The translations under genes were made by a program, and so were the position numbers. 64,000 nt of DNA from Octopus vulgaris (lineage: Eukaryota), in assembly GCA_951406725.2 (NCBI GenBank), contig OX597815.1:139314001-139378000 (forward strand), in the 5' to 3' direction. Shown piece by piece: positions 13,746-29,892 of this stretch (its first letter is position 1; the number at the start of each line of letters is the position of its first letter). The notes beneath the pieces were generated by a model. It made no database searches and had not been told where the DNA came from. It was given only the letters and a program-made list of their open reading frames with translations.

Positions 13746-15951
13746 AAGTTTCACTTATTCGATGAACTGAATTGCTCGGTTAAATTAACGTGTAGTTAGA
13801 TGAGTATTCGATAGACACGTGACACATGCTTCGAGCAAGATCAAAGTGACACAATACGTGATAAGGCTGAATGTTTCAGTTACATTTACAATCAATTCGG
13901 TGAACATCTACCGAATTTTCGCCTTAATTTTACTCAAAATATTTGGTAAATATGAGATTATAGAAGAAGACACTGGCCTAAGATGCTATACTGTGAGATC
14001 AAAAACCTGGATCTTCTGATTGCAAAGTAATCTTCTCAACAACTTTGCCATGTCTGCATCCAACGTGGTATACATCGATTATCAACTACTCCTACTTTTC
14101 CTCTTTTTTAGGTCTACCACAAATGAGCCTCATTCTTAAATAATATTTTTAAGTATTGTCTGTTTTTTCGTCTTGATGAATTGGAATACCCACCATTGAA
14201 ATACAGTCTCACTAAATCACTATTTTATGGCACATTTGAAGAAGTAGGATCTGTGCCCATAATATAGTTTGGCTTTCTCAGAAACTGAAAAGCATTGCTG
14301 CTATAAGGCAATGCTTTTTATACGGATGACAATGATGGAGAGATATTGTCATGGAGTGCTACGTGGAGAGAGATTTCAATAGCTAGTTTAGAAAAATAGA
14401 GTTTGATAGTGTAGCAATAGATGGGCAATAGAGAAAAAACGGTGTCTGAGATGGATTTTTAGGGTATTGATAAATTAATCGTTGTCAATAATCGAAAAGC
14501 AATACTATCACAAGTGTCACAGGTATATATCAAGGGAGATAATATTTCAGTTTCGTAAAAAGGTTGGCAACAGATGAGTACTGAAGTATTTTCTGATGCT
14601 TAACTGTATTTGAGATGAAGTTGTTGTTGCCAGTATATTTAGGGATTTTATACCAATATGATTACACTAGTCTGCAATAATGTTGGCTTTTGTAAAGGTG
14701 AAGAAAATTTTAGGGGACGTTTGGCACTCTGATTGCTAATACAACACTTTTATCTAACACGTCAACTTTAATCACTAAGCACCACAGGTCAGGAGCACGA
14801 AATTATCCACTTTTGGCATTTTAGGGAATATACCGATAGTTTTAATTCTTTGTTTCAAGGCATTCTTTTAATTCAAATTTGAAGTAGCACCTGCAAGACA
14901 TTTTACGATGAAATCAAGTTAATTTCGTATAAAGCCTGTATGCCACATATACCTAGTGGATATATTACAAGACTGCAACAAGGGAACAAGATTGTAAAGT
15001 AATGAGCCAATAAAAGACAGATATTTAACCTAACCTCACTTTCAAGCTGTCAATGAAAATTGCCATTTGCCTTATTCGCATTCACATCACATTGCATTAA
15101 CGTTATAACATTAAACAAAGTCAGCTTCCATATGTTGACGAAAATATGTTGTTTTCAGAGTTAGTCCCATTTATTCGTCTTGGACCCTGAAAATACTATT
15201 GAGACCTTTATAAGATCTAATTCGTGGACAAAATCATTTAATTTAAACTGAGTGAATGAGTTCGGTAAGCTTGAACCACCCAGTGGCTCATGCTAGAATA
15301 TAGTCCATTCTCCAGCTTAACTCTCTGAAACAGAATGTCTTTTCTATATTATTTGGGAAATACCTAGAATCTGAGAATATTAGTAAATACTTTTTATTAC
15401 TTTAGGGTCTATTTTCATTAAAAACTAGAGCTCTATTAGAAAATATGATATCGATTTCAACTGATGACGTTATCTCAATGATTGGAAAGCAAAATTTAAA
15501 AACATTCACATGTTAAAGATATTACAATGAAATAAAATCGCATAGTAAATGCGATCACCTATTCAGGATCATTTTTTACTGAACATTATAAACAATATAT
15601 ATAAACAAATATATAAGACTGCTCTTACATATGAAAGTCTGATGGCTCTCCAGAGGAAATTGCTTAGCAAGTGTTATAAACCTTTTTACACCATAGTTAA
15701 CACTCTAGAATACGAAGTGTATGAAGATATTACTAAAGAGATTTCAAAAGTTAAAAGTAACTTATCTAGCTTCCATATTTCGAAAGTTTAATGAGGTATC
15801 ACATCAACTTCAGGGAAAATTCAATACGTTGATTGGTTCTAAAAATCTTTTGAAAGGATTTACTGAAAAATTAGAAAAATTTCAAATCAGTTTACTTAAA
15901 AAAATATTTTCCAGCACACTTCAACTATACAGTTCTATATTTAAGAGATGA

Positions 15952-16400
<449 letters not shown>

Positions 16401-17178
16401 ATACTTCAACTATGTTTTTCACTTTAGAAAATAGATCCTGAAGCGTATTCTGGATTCCTGTTATCGTTAAAAACTGATATGAACAAAAGTGTCTCAGATT
16501 TACATTCCTTTGAAGTACAGCTTTAGAGGATAGATCCAGTAAATTGTGGCGTTTCTGCTGCTGAAGAATAATAAATTCCATATCTATATTCAAAAAGAAT
16601 AAATTCCATAACGACAGTATTATGAATTAAAAGAGATGTATGATAAAGTTGTATGATAAACTGAATTCTGGTCATTAAAATACTATAAAACTCTATACCC
16701 AAGAGTATAGACCAAAACTGCCAAAATTATTATTTGTTCTTCGAATGTATATATATAGTTGAAACTGGAGTGAATGTAGAGAAGAAATTAATAAATTAAG
16801 AAACGGATTATATGAAAAGGGGTGATACAAAAAAAAAATTAATCTCGGTGACATTGAACTGAGCATTGCGTATTTAGAAAGGAAAAAATACAAAACAAGT
16901 CAAAACACCTATCTCAAGGATCTCATTAAATATAATACTCATCTATAAAATTTTTATCTCACTTTCTACTTAAGCAGGATGGACTATACGATCTGAAAAA
17001 AATTCTAACTGGACCCCACCTGCAATGTCATGCTGTTTATCTTGATATGAGATCAGCACGTCGCGCACATATGTTTGTACCTGGAGTACTCATATCAGAC
17101 GGGTAGTTATTATGGGTATATTGGGCTTTCGATATTTGTACATCAGTGTCACTTTCATGGCATACGTTGTTCTCTCAC

Positions 17179-17244
<66 letters not shown>

Positions 17245-17416
17245 CAACGACAACAATGCATAAATAAATATAAAAGTTTTGAAATTCCCAACATATATAT
17301 ATACCATTATATATAACACAGTTAAATAAATGTACCATTCAAATATTAAATATTAAGTGGAATATATATATATCGTTGAAAGATCAAGGCACTGCACGCA
17401 ACACGAACCGCCCGCC

Positions 17417-17451
<35 letters not shown>

Positions 17452-19490
17452 TCTGTATATATATATATATATATATATATAAATATCTAGATATAATGAT
17501 GACACTTCTTATACTACCTTTCTGTCTAGCCTGTGTATCTGCTTAATTCGTTCTGTCTGGTTACTATTTGCCTCTTCTATTTAATTATATAAACAATTAA
17601 AATATACTTATGCGGTTATATCTCGAACGAACTTCTCTTGAATAGTAAAAGGCGTCTTGACTACTTAATATATTGATTTAAGTTAAAGTAATAGTAGTAG
17701 CAGCTGCAATAGCAGTTGTAATATTATTAGTAATGTTAATATAGGTAAGATGATAGATGATACAGATATGTATTAATGAATAATGTATGTATATATGTGT
17801 GTGTGCGTGCATGTATGTATTGTGTGTAAGTTCGTGTGGGGATGGTGCGCGCGTGTGTGTATTAACAACAGTTATTGCAACTATTAAAATATTTACTTCT
17901 AACGATGAAACACGCGAAAGTGTTAATCTAATCTTCCTAACAATTAATTCAGTTTCAAAGTAAGCAGTAGATTTATTTGCCTTAAGATTTCAATGATGCT
18001 GTCCAGTCTGTGTCAAATTTAATCGCTGCAAATGTTTAATAAATGCCACGAATAATCGTTATGGATTACATATAATAGGTTGAAAGAGGTGGTGACTTGA
18101 TGAAAGTAACGTAGTTAACGAACAGTTTAATTTTTTATCACTCGCAAAGCATTCAGTCGTGTCTTAAGTTGTCTATCTATGGCGCTGTCTCATAGGACTT
18201 ACTGAGGGTGCAGCTACAACTCAACGGAGGTAGTTTTATGCGGTCACTTGACAAAGAGTAGCCAAGTTTCCATAAAATCACACTTCTCTTTTGAATTAAG
18301 ACACGTTAGATAACCTAGTCCATAGTCATAAAGAAAAGAACTGTTTCATTATTATATTTTTTCAAGTGTTTATCTTTTAAAAAGCCAGTCAACCAGAACG
18401 TTTGTTTTTCAAATTTCGAGAGATTGCAGTGTCGTCTAGCAGTGTATGCATCAAACCCGTGCCTCATGTTTATCATCTAGAACTCACAAAACTTTAGGTT
18501 CATCTACGAAAAATATGAAGACCTGACGACAGAATTAGAGAAATATATGTTTCGAAACGATAAGCACTGAATATATTGTCCTTAAGATGAGTGTAAACTT
18601 AAGATTTGAAAGTAGGAAAAATGTTATATTTTACTGTTCTTGTCAGATTTCGTTCTCTGCTTTGTTTTAGCCAAGCTAAATCCATGCTGTAACACCGCCA
18701 AATTGAATAGATCTGAGGGTTGCAATCAGGAATTGAAACTACATGGAGAATTTGGCTGACCAGGCATGATTCAATCTCTCTACTCTCTCGACTTTAGCTA
18801 TAAATATGATGAGTTATTAATTTCACTCAGATAAAGTAAATATAGCGAAACACCAAATGTCTAAATTTTATACTTGATTTTCCGTAATCTGTTTATTTAT
18901 AAATGGATGATTAATGTTATGTACTTCAAAGAGAGAAACCAGAGTGTTCATATCTTTAAGTATTGCAAAATCATAAAAAGATTTAAAGCTTTCAAATGGG
19001 AAACGAAAATTACTGTTGGACGCGATTCATCTGGAAACATTACGACAGCTTTCGGTTTCCAACTGATTTCTTATAAACATTTTATTGTTATTTATCTAAT
19101 GTCGATTCCATGTAGTCGTCTTCATGAAAGAAAAACGTCAAATCATTTTGTTATTTTTAAGTTATAAATGAAATCATTCGGTTTAAACATTTAAACATCT
19201 TTTTCTCTAAATAAAAACACGTAACTTTCTAAATGCATAAAATCTCATCTCATCTCATGAATTGTTGTCCCAGCATATACCAAACCGGGTCATGTGAAGT
19301 ATATGGGAAAATTATTTTTATTTTCAATTTAGTTTAGTTTATTTCATTGGAGTTTGTACGAAATAGAGCTGCAGGCATTAATAGAGTTGAGTGCACAGAG
19401 ACATATGTATTTACTAACTGGAGCGCTTTCTCCTCCTATCAATATCTCCTTCTCCTTCATCCTCTCTTTCTGTGTATATATATATATATG

Positions 19491-19551
<61 letters not shown>

Positions 19552-19596
19552 GTGAGTATAATAATAATAATGATGATGATAATGATAAAGTTTTCA

Positions 19597-19675
19597 AATT
19601 TTGGCACAAGGCCAGTAATTTCGAGGGCAAATTAAGTCCATTAGGTTGACTCCTGGGTACAAATGGGATGAAAGG
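19597..19675 (-). mobile_element. SINE family B 3' fragment
   Basis: ttttggcacaaggccagtaatttcgaggg...gatgaaaggca. Confidence 0.5.
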
Positions 19676-19699
19676 CATGATACTTAGTGAAGCAACAAT

Positions 19700-21495
19700 A
19701 AAAAATATCTTAGCTGTTTGTTAGACAGATTATAAGAAAGCGTAAGACAATGTTCTACAGTGCTGGTTCTTAAGAGTGCCTGAGGATTTTCGGGGCCCAT
19801 GTGAAGATAAAGAGGTTTTTGGAAGAAGAAATGCGGTCATGTGGAGTAGAATTAACATGCAGAAACGAATCATAAGGAAACGTGGAAATATGCAGGGAGA
19901 TATTCCAGGGAAACTCGGTCTCGCCATTATTTTTCATCATTGTCTTAATCCTCCTGACAAGTATACTGAGAAAATTCATGCTTGCCTATGAACTTGTCAA
20001 AACCAAGATGCAAAATTATTACATGCTCTATAAGGATGTCCACCAACTGTATATAAAAAATGAAAGACTTGGATTCTCTAAATTAAATAATAAGTATATC
20101 TCGCATGGAGTTTTAGGTAAGTATAAGTGCAGTTTTTATGCATACATAATTGCCTCATTATAAAGAGAGGATGGAAGATCAATTTAGAGAGAAAAAATTA
20201 CAAGACGGTGTCATCAGATTGCTGAGAAACAATGAGGAATACTATTGCTAAGGTATGTTACAGGACTATAGAGTAATGGAAATAGAAAGTTTTCAAAAAG
20301 ATCAAGACAGAAATTTGGAATATTTTCTAAACAAAATAATTGCAGGAAATATCAAAGCTACAAATACTTGAGCCATGAGAGTATTAAGAAAGTTTTCTTT
20401 TTTTTTTAATGGACACGTACAGAGCTTCAGGAACAGGAAGAACTAGACAGTTGCTAACAATACACAGCGCGCAACACTTTAACAGTAATAGGAATGCGCT
20501 CTACCTACCAAGACAGGAAGCGGGGTAGGGGCTTGTTAAATGCAAAAGGCAGTTTTAGTACTGTGATATTGGGTTTGAAAAACTGTCGAACGTGTTTAAT
20601 AAAACATAGTGTCTGCGGCTAGAAATATCCAGGACTTACTGAAGCAGTAGAAGAATTTAAGAGCATAAGAACGTTTGGTCAGACAGTTGGAAAGAAAAGA
20701 ATACAGCTCATCCAGTGAGATGAAGAAATTGTGGAAGACAAAGGCGATAACTATTTCTGTGGTTATCGGTGAACTTGTCACTACACCCAAACTACTACCT
20801 TGGAGGTTGAAGCGAAAGATAGTGAAAGACAGCTAATGGTAGCCGCTCAGAACAAATCTGTTAAAGCAAAGATTGACAAAAACTCAGACAGAAAAATATA
20901 GAATCTGCAAGCTAGGAGAAGAGAGTATCAAACACATATTGAGTGTGTACAGTATACAAAAGGAACATAAGCGCAGACATGACTAAGTAGGCAAAAAGTG
21001 CATTGGGATGTTACTCGAGTATGTGACTTCAAAACAACAGAAAAGTGGTATGAACGCGAAGCAGAGACTGTACAAGAAAATGAGAATTACAAGATCTTGT
21101 AATTAAGACTGACCATACTATTGAGGCAAGAACAGACATGATTATAGAGGACAAAATAAACTAATAGTATATCATAAAACTATGCATTCCCAATGATAGC
21201 AGAGTTGATATCAAAGAAGTGAAAATAAATAGGGAATATTAGGATCTAGCGAGAGAGCAAAGGAGGCTGTGGAAGACCAAAGCAACTATTATTCTTGTAG
21301 TAATCGGTGCTCTTGACTTCATACATAATGCTACTTAAAACAACCCTAATGGAACTGAAACACGCATTGATGAGCAGAAGAGTACCATCCTGTATTCAGC
21401 AACAATCCTCAGAAAAATTCTGGAGACGAGACTTGCTGTCACCAATCCTCGAGATGGAATACCTTCTAACTAAATCGGGATTCACTTTACATAAT
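19700..21495 (+). mobile_element. Decayed R4/Dong-like non-LTR retrotransposon, family B (RT, CCHC, RLE)
   Basis: IFQGNSVSPLFFIIVL; LMVAAQN; RIC..ESIKHILS..KRRHD..VHWD; EKWYE; DLARE..RLWK..VVIGAL, with many stops. Confidence 0.8.
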
Positions 21496-21504
21496 AATGT
21501 TTAA

Positions 21505-21640
21505 ATTTTGGCACAAAGCCAGCAATTTTAAGGCGAGTGAGGAAAGTCGAGTACATCGACTCCAGTCCTTGATTGGTGCTTATATTATTCACCCTCGAGA
21601 GGATTTGAAATCGGATATAAAGTGCTGGATAAAATGCCGA
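21505..21640 (-). mobile_element. SINE family B fragment
   Basis: ttttggcacaaagccagcaatttt..gtcgagtacatcgactccagt. Confidence 0.55.
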
Positions 21641-22577
21641 TAGAAAGAGAAATGATGGGAACGCTTATACTTTCATCCTCAGCCAATATCTATTTTAGTG
21701 TAGAAAGAACTGCAAAACTATTATCACAGGCATGCATTGGTGACATTAAGACTTTGAAGAAAAATTATAAAAGACACCAAAGAGAGATGTAAGAAAAAGG
21801 AAATAGAAGGATAATGAAGTAGACGCATGAAGAGAAAGAGAATAGTTTTTTTTTTCGTAGGAGAGAGAAAAAAAGAGTCCATTATTAGAGTTGGTATGTA
21901 AATGAAATGTACTGTTGAAAGTTGATTATTTCAAACAGAGCGCCGTCTTTTACCAAAGCTATGTTTGGTGCCATATATAAATATGACTTAACATTTGCTG
22001 CACTTAGAAGCGATATTTTCAAAGACCTAATCAATATTACAGCTGAATAACTTGAGAATAATAAACAATTAATACATGAATAATAGAGTAATATTTCAGG
22101 CTACTGTTTTCCTTTCTGAGAGTATTATATATTTATTTGCAGCATTTAAAAAAATATATAGATCTGCTTTATTGCTCTCCATAAAGATTCCTGGAAACGC
22201 AACAAAAATGGAAGTACCGATGAGAGGCTGCAAAATTTTATTGCCTGTTTTGTCCAACAAGTAATTTCTGAGTGCCATATTGACAAATATTGCTAGTTTT
22301 ACAATGCTTTTTGTTCGAAATCATTAGCTTAGCCTCTCTACGATCTTTTCCTCTTTTCTGAAATGATCTTTGCTACTTTAAGAATTGCCATAAAATTCTC
22401 TACAAAATAGATTCTCCCCAATATGAAACCAAGGAAATTGATTGTATATGCGTTGTTGATAACTACTCTTCACCATTATTTTTACTTTCGCTCACCATCT
22501 CCCCGTCTCTTCCATACACATACTCTTACAGACATACACTTGAACAAAAGCATACACACACCACGTGTGTGTGTGTA

Positions 22578-22609
<32 letters not shown>

Positions 22610-23032
22610 TGCGCAGTATTTCTGTTCCCTTTACTCCCCGTGCCTTTCGGTGAATTTTTATAGACTTCAATTCTTTGGAATCATTGATTCCTTATGACAA
22701 AATGTTTTGCACTATACATACATGTGTGGTTCAATATGTGTATGTGTATGCGTTTATGTACATACATACAGACACACACACACATATATACAAACAAAAA
22801 TATATATGTGCATATTATGTTTGTATATATATATATATTTTTTTCATATATGTATATAGATATATATATGTACATATATACATATATGTGTATTCGTATA
22901 TATGTATATTCATATATGTATATAGACATATATGTACATATATATATATACATATATATATGTACATATATATGTATTCCTATATATGTATATATATATA
23001 TATATATACATATATACGAATACATATATATA

Positions 23033-23102
<70 letters not shown>

Positions 23103-24004
23103 TGTATGTATATGCGAAATAAGTAAGAGGGGAAAGCATATAGATGACTATTGTACTTTTAACCCCCATTATACCTCTTCCCTCATATATATGTGTGCGC
23201 ACATGAGTTTGCGAGTGTTTTTGACCTAGATGTGTTGGTGTGTGTAGACAGATGCAATAGTTTTTTTAAACATCTTTTTCTTTCTGTCTTGTTATACATA
23301 CACGCACACATATATATATATATATATGCATCCTTCCATACACACACACACACATATGAAACGTATATAGATGAAATGTATTCGCATACATATGGTTTTA
23401 TTTGCGTATGTGTATGTGTGTATGAGTGAGAAACTGCTTCTAATGTTCTTTGTGTAATCGTGTGATGCTGTGTGTTACTAAAGATAATATATTGAATAAA
23501 ATGATATCAGTTATAGCGACATAAAGGAGTAACGAGAGAAATAAAACGGTATAGAGACTCACTTATAAATATACATGATCTTCCGTTACTAGCTTCAGTT
23601 TTCGCTAAACTTTTATGTACAAAGAAATCTATTTTATGATTCAACTAAATGTTATCTAAATTTCCCGTATCATGTCCATACAACTAGACGTTATTTGCCC
23701 AAGAAGTTAATGCTGCTGGAAGTTGTCTCCCTTGATAAATGGTGTCCGACATAATCTTCATGTAACTGTCGAACACAAAGTAGATGTGACCTGATTGTTT
23801 TCTACTTTCTGATATTATTTCCATAGTATGCTCGACCCATATTTAATAATAATGTTCGCGCACAAAATTAACACGTAATACGCAGGAATACACCCAACTA
23901 AGGGAACAACATGCATAAAAATCTCATCCCTTCTGTTTGTGTATATATGCATCCAGACATATCCATATATATATATATATATATACATCCATGCATACGT
24001 ATTC

Positions 24005-24205
24005 ATTCTGCTATAGGCAAAGGTCTGAATTTTCCGAGGTAGGGGAGAGTTGATTACATCCACTCCAGTACTCAACTGATGGCTATTTTATCGACCTCAA
24101 GAGTATGAAAGGCGAAGACGACCTCCGTGGAATTTAAACTCGGAATGTAGAAAACGAAATGCCACTATTTTGCCCCGAGTGTTAAGGATTCTGCCAGCTC
24201 AACTC
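24005..24205 (-). mobile_element. SINE family B monomer
   Basis: tttatcgacctc..tgaaaggcgaagacgacctccgtggaatttaaactc..ttctgccagctc. Confidence 0.7.
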
Positions 24206-25584
24206 CTTATCGACATAAATATGAAGTGTGACAATGGTTGTTTTTGTTATTTTAACCCTAGGTCAGTTCTAATTAAGCAACACTATGACTTTTTCCTAGA
24301 CGGTAACGTTTGCAAACTATTTTTGGTAGATCGAACGAGCATGTGACGACATTTTTGTTCATTCAAGAAAATTATTGTTACTGTTGTGGAGTGTGTGTGT
24401 ATGAGTGTGTGTGTGTGTGTGTATGAGTGTGTGTGTGTGTGTATGAGTGTGTGTGTGTGTATGAGTGTGTGTGTGTGAATATGTGAGTTTGTGTGTGCGT
24501 GCATATGTGAAAGAAACAGAGAAATTCCTTTAAATACACAAAAATATAATTAAGATTTTCGGTGGTCATTCCTAGGCCTAGTGTATCTGTTGTATGACTG
24601 GAATAAATGTATGGTAAGAAGTGTATAGACATTCATTATTTGTTACATGTTCTTTTTAACATAGCTCTAAGCAACAATCATATGTTTCTACTTATAATTA
24701 AACAAATTGCATTTCATACCATATATGGAAGAAATTGCAACATATAGTCTCGAAGCATTTTATCAGCATTATCAATAAGTTGTGTATTAATCATATTTTC
24801 TTTGTTTACTTAATTTCGTGTTTTCATTTATTAAAATATGCGAATTAAAGAGGTCGGGCTACATGTTTTTATAACTTTTCATATTCAGTCTCGAGAGAAA
24901 TTCTTTTCAAATAAACATTCTAGTCCCCGTATACTAGAGATATTGTTTTAATTTACATTCAGTTTAAATTTATGTAGATTGAGCTCTTGATGAACCGGCT
25001 CGGGATGAGGGATGAGGGAATAGCAGAGGGTTGCTGGAGATCTTAGGAGAATAAACAAAGCAAGGAGACAAGTGAGGATATGGAGCAAAACACAGTAATA
25101 GTGCCGAGATGATGGGTGTACAGATAGATAAATGGGTTTTGACGTCTGGTTCTTCAAAATAGTAGAGACTATTAAAAGTAGTAGCAGAAAAATGAAAGGT
25201 ACATTTTTGTGCCAATGTTAAACATGTTGAATTGGCGGCGAAGATTAATTCAAGATATACTGGCGAATAGGGTGCCACTTAGGACTACAATCGTATCAGC
25301 GGTTATTCGTTGCAATTTCCCAGTATGATAGCCTCGGTATCATTTTTTTATGCGCTACAGCGGATGAACGTGAAACTAAAGTCTGTAGCTCATTATCTGA
25401 AGAGTTGAGATTCACCTTAAACAAATTCACACCATTGTTAATTCGTGCAACAAATATTCTTCACCGGATAAAAACTGAAAATCTCGGGTATGAGTAATGT
25501 CCGTCGATAGTGATGTGTATGTGTCTTTGTATATGTATGCGTGCGTGTCTCATATGTATATATATGCACATACACATGTGGACA

Positions 25585-25678
<94 letters not shown>

Positions 25679-27034
25679 GAGTGAAGAGAACGATAGAAAT
25701 GCATTATGTAGGCATGTGTTGCATGTGATCATGCCGGTGAAGAAATAAACTTTGAAAAATAGTACTAATTATTATAATCTCATCAATAATTGCTAATAAT
25801 CAATGAAACAATACCATTAATTGCATATATTAATTAATAGTACGAAACACTTATTCGTTGCAAGAGTAGAGAAACAAGAACCATAGACAGAGGAATATTG
25901 CTACATGTTTATGATGATAGTAATATTGAATGAATAATCATCAGAGAATGAACGATGATTGAGTGTGGCAACAATCAACAAAATCCTGTCATATTCCGCT
26001 GAGACCTACTCTTTACCGTCGCCCTATAAAAAGTTGTACCTGCTGAGAACTATGTTGAACATTTTCTGTGTGCGAGCATGCCTTTAACAAAGTCGTCCTA
26101 CGGTAAACGAATGTACCTAATGTTGCTTCTACTCTGCTGGAATTGCACTTGCACTGGGTTGTCTTTTAATGTGTTTAGAGTACTCTAGTATCCCAAATGT
26201 GTGCTACTCGACGAGTTGAAACGTGGAGACCATCGATGACAGTGTTCGAAACAGAATTATAAAGATGTCATAAAATGCTATCTCCATAAAGCGAGTGGAA
26301 TGATTGAAACTGTGTAGAGGAGAGAAACACTAATCGTAAATGATGACGTGGGGTTATATATAAAGAAAGGATTACCTTCTGCAAAATAGAATTGGGTGAA
26401 ATAGCAAGAAGGAAAAGATAGAGCAAAATTTAGCACACTAGGGCTGACAACAGCATTCTCCAATATCTACAGTCAGGGTTGTACTATGATCCGACGAAAG
26501 AGCAAAACGTCGTTGAAGTTTCTTCATTATATTTTAAGATATGAAGGGAAAAATGAAAAAGAAAGTAAAAATTCTCTCCTACAGTCATTCACGATTACGA
26601 ATGATAGCCAAGAAGAATAATGATTGTAGCACAAAATCTACAAGAACTTGCGCATGTTTATGTTGTGTTTTCATATAGACCCCTGTTTGAACTCATGATG
26701 TTATGTCATGGCGAAATATCATATCGTAGCCTTGGGTCAACTGAAAACTTTCTGGGTGTCATTTAAGCAGAAACTGTGAAAGTCTGCCAATAGGTTTGTG
26801 CTTGTAAATTTAAAGGCCCTACCTCCATACCACTCTCTAACGCTGAATCCGTCTTAGAATTACATAAAGGTTACATCGAGTCAAGCGTTTAGCTAATTGA
26901 ATTGCAAGAATACTCACCATAGATCTAGGAAAAACATCTCTCTTTTACACACACGCACGCACGCACGCACGCACACACACACAGACACACACACACACGC
27001 ACGCACGCGCATATGTATGTATATGCATATATGT

Positions 27035-27430
27035 CATTATTCAGTTTATTTCAAGATTTCTTGGTAATAGAGAAAGATCCGGTTTCTAACCTAGATCCAA
27101 GGCTTCTTCATTGGATTTTCAATAATATCAACAAGGTATTTCTGTATGTATGTTTGCATATACGTATGTATATATGTATGGATTTATGTATGTATACGTA
27201 CGTGCAGATTCGTATATTTCCTTTTTCTGTATGTATTCTCATGCATATAGCTGCATATCTAGACCTGGTCATATTTACTTAAATGATAAACTTCTGGAAA
27301 GTTTTACAGATTTTTACAGTTCCAGTGATGGCTTGGATTTTTAGTCTTCGAATTTGCTTTCTCATTTCTGGTTCTGAGAAGACTAGTTTCTCAAGATTGG
27401 TATTTAGGCAGTTTGTTAGATATCCTAGTG
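27035..27430 (-). mobile_element. R4-like family A 3' end
   Basis: 27275-27430 is nearly identical to 31495-31645 (aatgataaacttctggaaagtttta). Confidence 0.7.
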
Positions 27431-27483
27431 TGTGTATATATGTATGTATGTATATATGCATGTATATATGCATGTATATATGC

Positions 27484-27532
<49 letters not shown>

Positions 27533-27869
27533 TTATGGCTTGTACTGTAGAGTCCAGCGAAACTAATTTAAACATACCTATTTTACACATACTTAAGGGC
27601 TTAAAAAATTAAGATATAGTTTATTGTATTGAACGTTGATAAAATTATATAAGGGCCTGATGATTGGGGTTGCATTTTGAGAGGGGTTCCAGGGAAACAC
27701 AGAGTGGTTTAGGAACCCGAGAATGTACCTCATGAAACATGTGTTGCCAAGTAATAAAACAGTAGGTATTTAAAATAAAAAATTCTATTTATTTGGTGAG
27801 ATGTAGGGGCCTACTACCTCTATATTAAAGTATATATATATATATACACATATATATATATATACATAC

Positions 27870-27901
<32 letters not shown>

Positions 27902-28541
27902 GTATGTATGTATGTATATCATTGTGTGACTATATATTTACATCACGATGTTATAGTTTATGTATGTTAGATATAGGTAAGCAGATAGCTTTGTGAATGT
28001 TTTAACTACACATAGCGGCATCTTGTAATGGTACACTCAAAATTATTATTGAATGTGCTACACCTTGGTATAGTTAGTAACGATAATAAATGGGAAAATA
28101 TATATCGTGCAATAAGCTCTCTCAATAGATTTCACTAAGTTCCAATAATCCCCTTGGTATTATTGTGATTTAAAATAGAAGATATCTGCAGTTTTTGTTA
28201 GACAATTACTTTGTTATCTACACGTCTGACTATCTTGAAACACGAAGGGACAATAAAGTAGCAATTTGTCAACACCTTCTCACACTAAATGGGAAAATAT
28301 TTCAATATATCGGCTATAAAAAGTAAATCATAAAAATGATTGTCTTTTAACGCAGCTGAGTGGAAACATAGCTATGGTAACTCATTTGAAACCACTGAAA
28401 TTATAAAACTCTCCAGTGACATACAAACATTAAGTATGAACCTTATGAAGTTTTCAATAAACACTCTCGTCTGGGCTGTCGGATTCCTCGCCTATTTATC
28501 ACTGTATACTAACGTATCCAAATTTCTGAAATTCGTTCATT

Positions 28542-28620
<79 letters not shown>

Positions 28621-29522
28621 GTGTGTGTGTATATATATATATATATATCTTGATATTTACATATATATATATATATATATCAATATATATATATGTATGT
28701 ATATATATATATACACATATATAAATATACTATTTATATATGTGTGTATGTATATATGTAATTGTGTGTGAATATATATATATTTGTATCTATGGGTGTG
28801 ATTGTGCGCGTGTGTGTGTTAGTATGTATATACATGTGTACATATGGAGGTGAATGAGCATATATATATATACATGCACATATGAGTGTGTGTATGTGTG
28901 TGTGTCCGGCCGTTGAAAGATAAAGGTCAGCTAAGGACAACCTCATGTATAACCGACCATGAATAGCAAATCAGCAGTACAAAGAAATCGAAGGCGAATC
29001 TCTTTAAAACGGCAACCCTTTTTACAGTACCAGAATCACCATCATATTACATCTACACATTCAAAGCAGTTTGCCAACGGCACTTCATCGACAATACAAC
29101 CAGCTAAGATCAGTGGTTACTACTAAATTCAAGCCACGACAGCCAGAAAGGGTGTTCTTGAAGCCGAGGATGTTGAAATTATGGGTACAATATTTATATA
29201 TCGCCTGAGGAAACACAACTAGATCTCACAATGCAGGGAAAGAGATGCGCAATCAAGTACCTGCACACATGGTGACCTACGTTGCGTGGAAAAAATTGTA
29301 GTGATTAAAAAATAAATGTCCAACCGTACCCCTTTCTGTTGACTCCAAGTTTTTCAATTATCTATTTACTCGACAGATGCCCAAACGCAAGCCTGGATGT
29401 ATGTATAATCCCACTACTTGATAGAACAGGGTAAATCTGAAGGTGGGCGAGCTTTATACTATACTCTCCTAAGTTCTTAACAGAATATACCATAATTACA
29501 TATATATATATATATATATATA

Positions 29523-29700
29523 TGCCTCATCACTCAATGCACAAGTTTTTTATTCCCTCTTTTTTTATTTTCCTTTATTCCTTTCTGTTGAAGAGCGTAA
29601 GCTCGAAACGTAAAATACTTTCTCACTTCCCTGAGCATCAAACACTTGCTTGTTGTCCATACACCTGTCTTCGTCTTTCGTTTTCTGTAAATTTCAACTA
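29523..29700 (+). mobile_element. Short HHR-bearing PLE-like element, CUGUNGA family
   Basis: ttt-CTGTTGA-A-GAGC gtaa GCTC-GAAAC-GTA-aaa at 29582-29615; flanked by microsatellites. Confidence 0.65.
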
Positions 29701-29768
29701 TACACTCACACACACTCACACACACACACACACTCACACACACACTCACACATATATATATATATGTA

Positions 29769-29806
<38 letters not shown>

Positions 29807-29892
29807 TACATATACATATATATGTATATGCATATATGTGTATATGTATATTTGTATTTTTGTGTGTATGCATCTATGTATATGCGTATGTA

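Noticed and set aside
27655-27715. ctgatga...gaaac pair
   Set aside because: No convincing stem II, stem III or stem I pairing.
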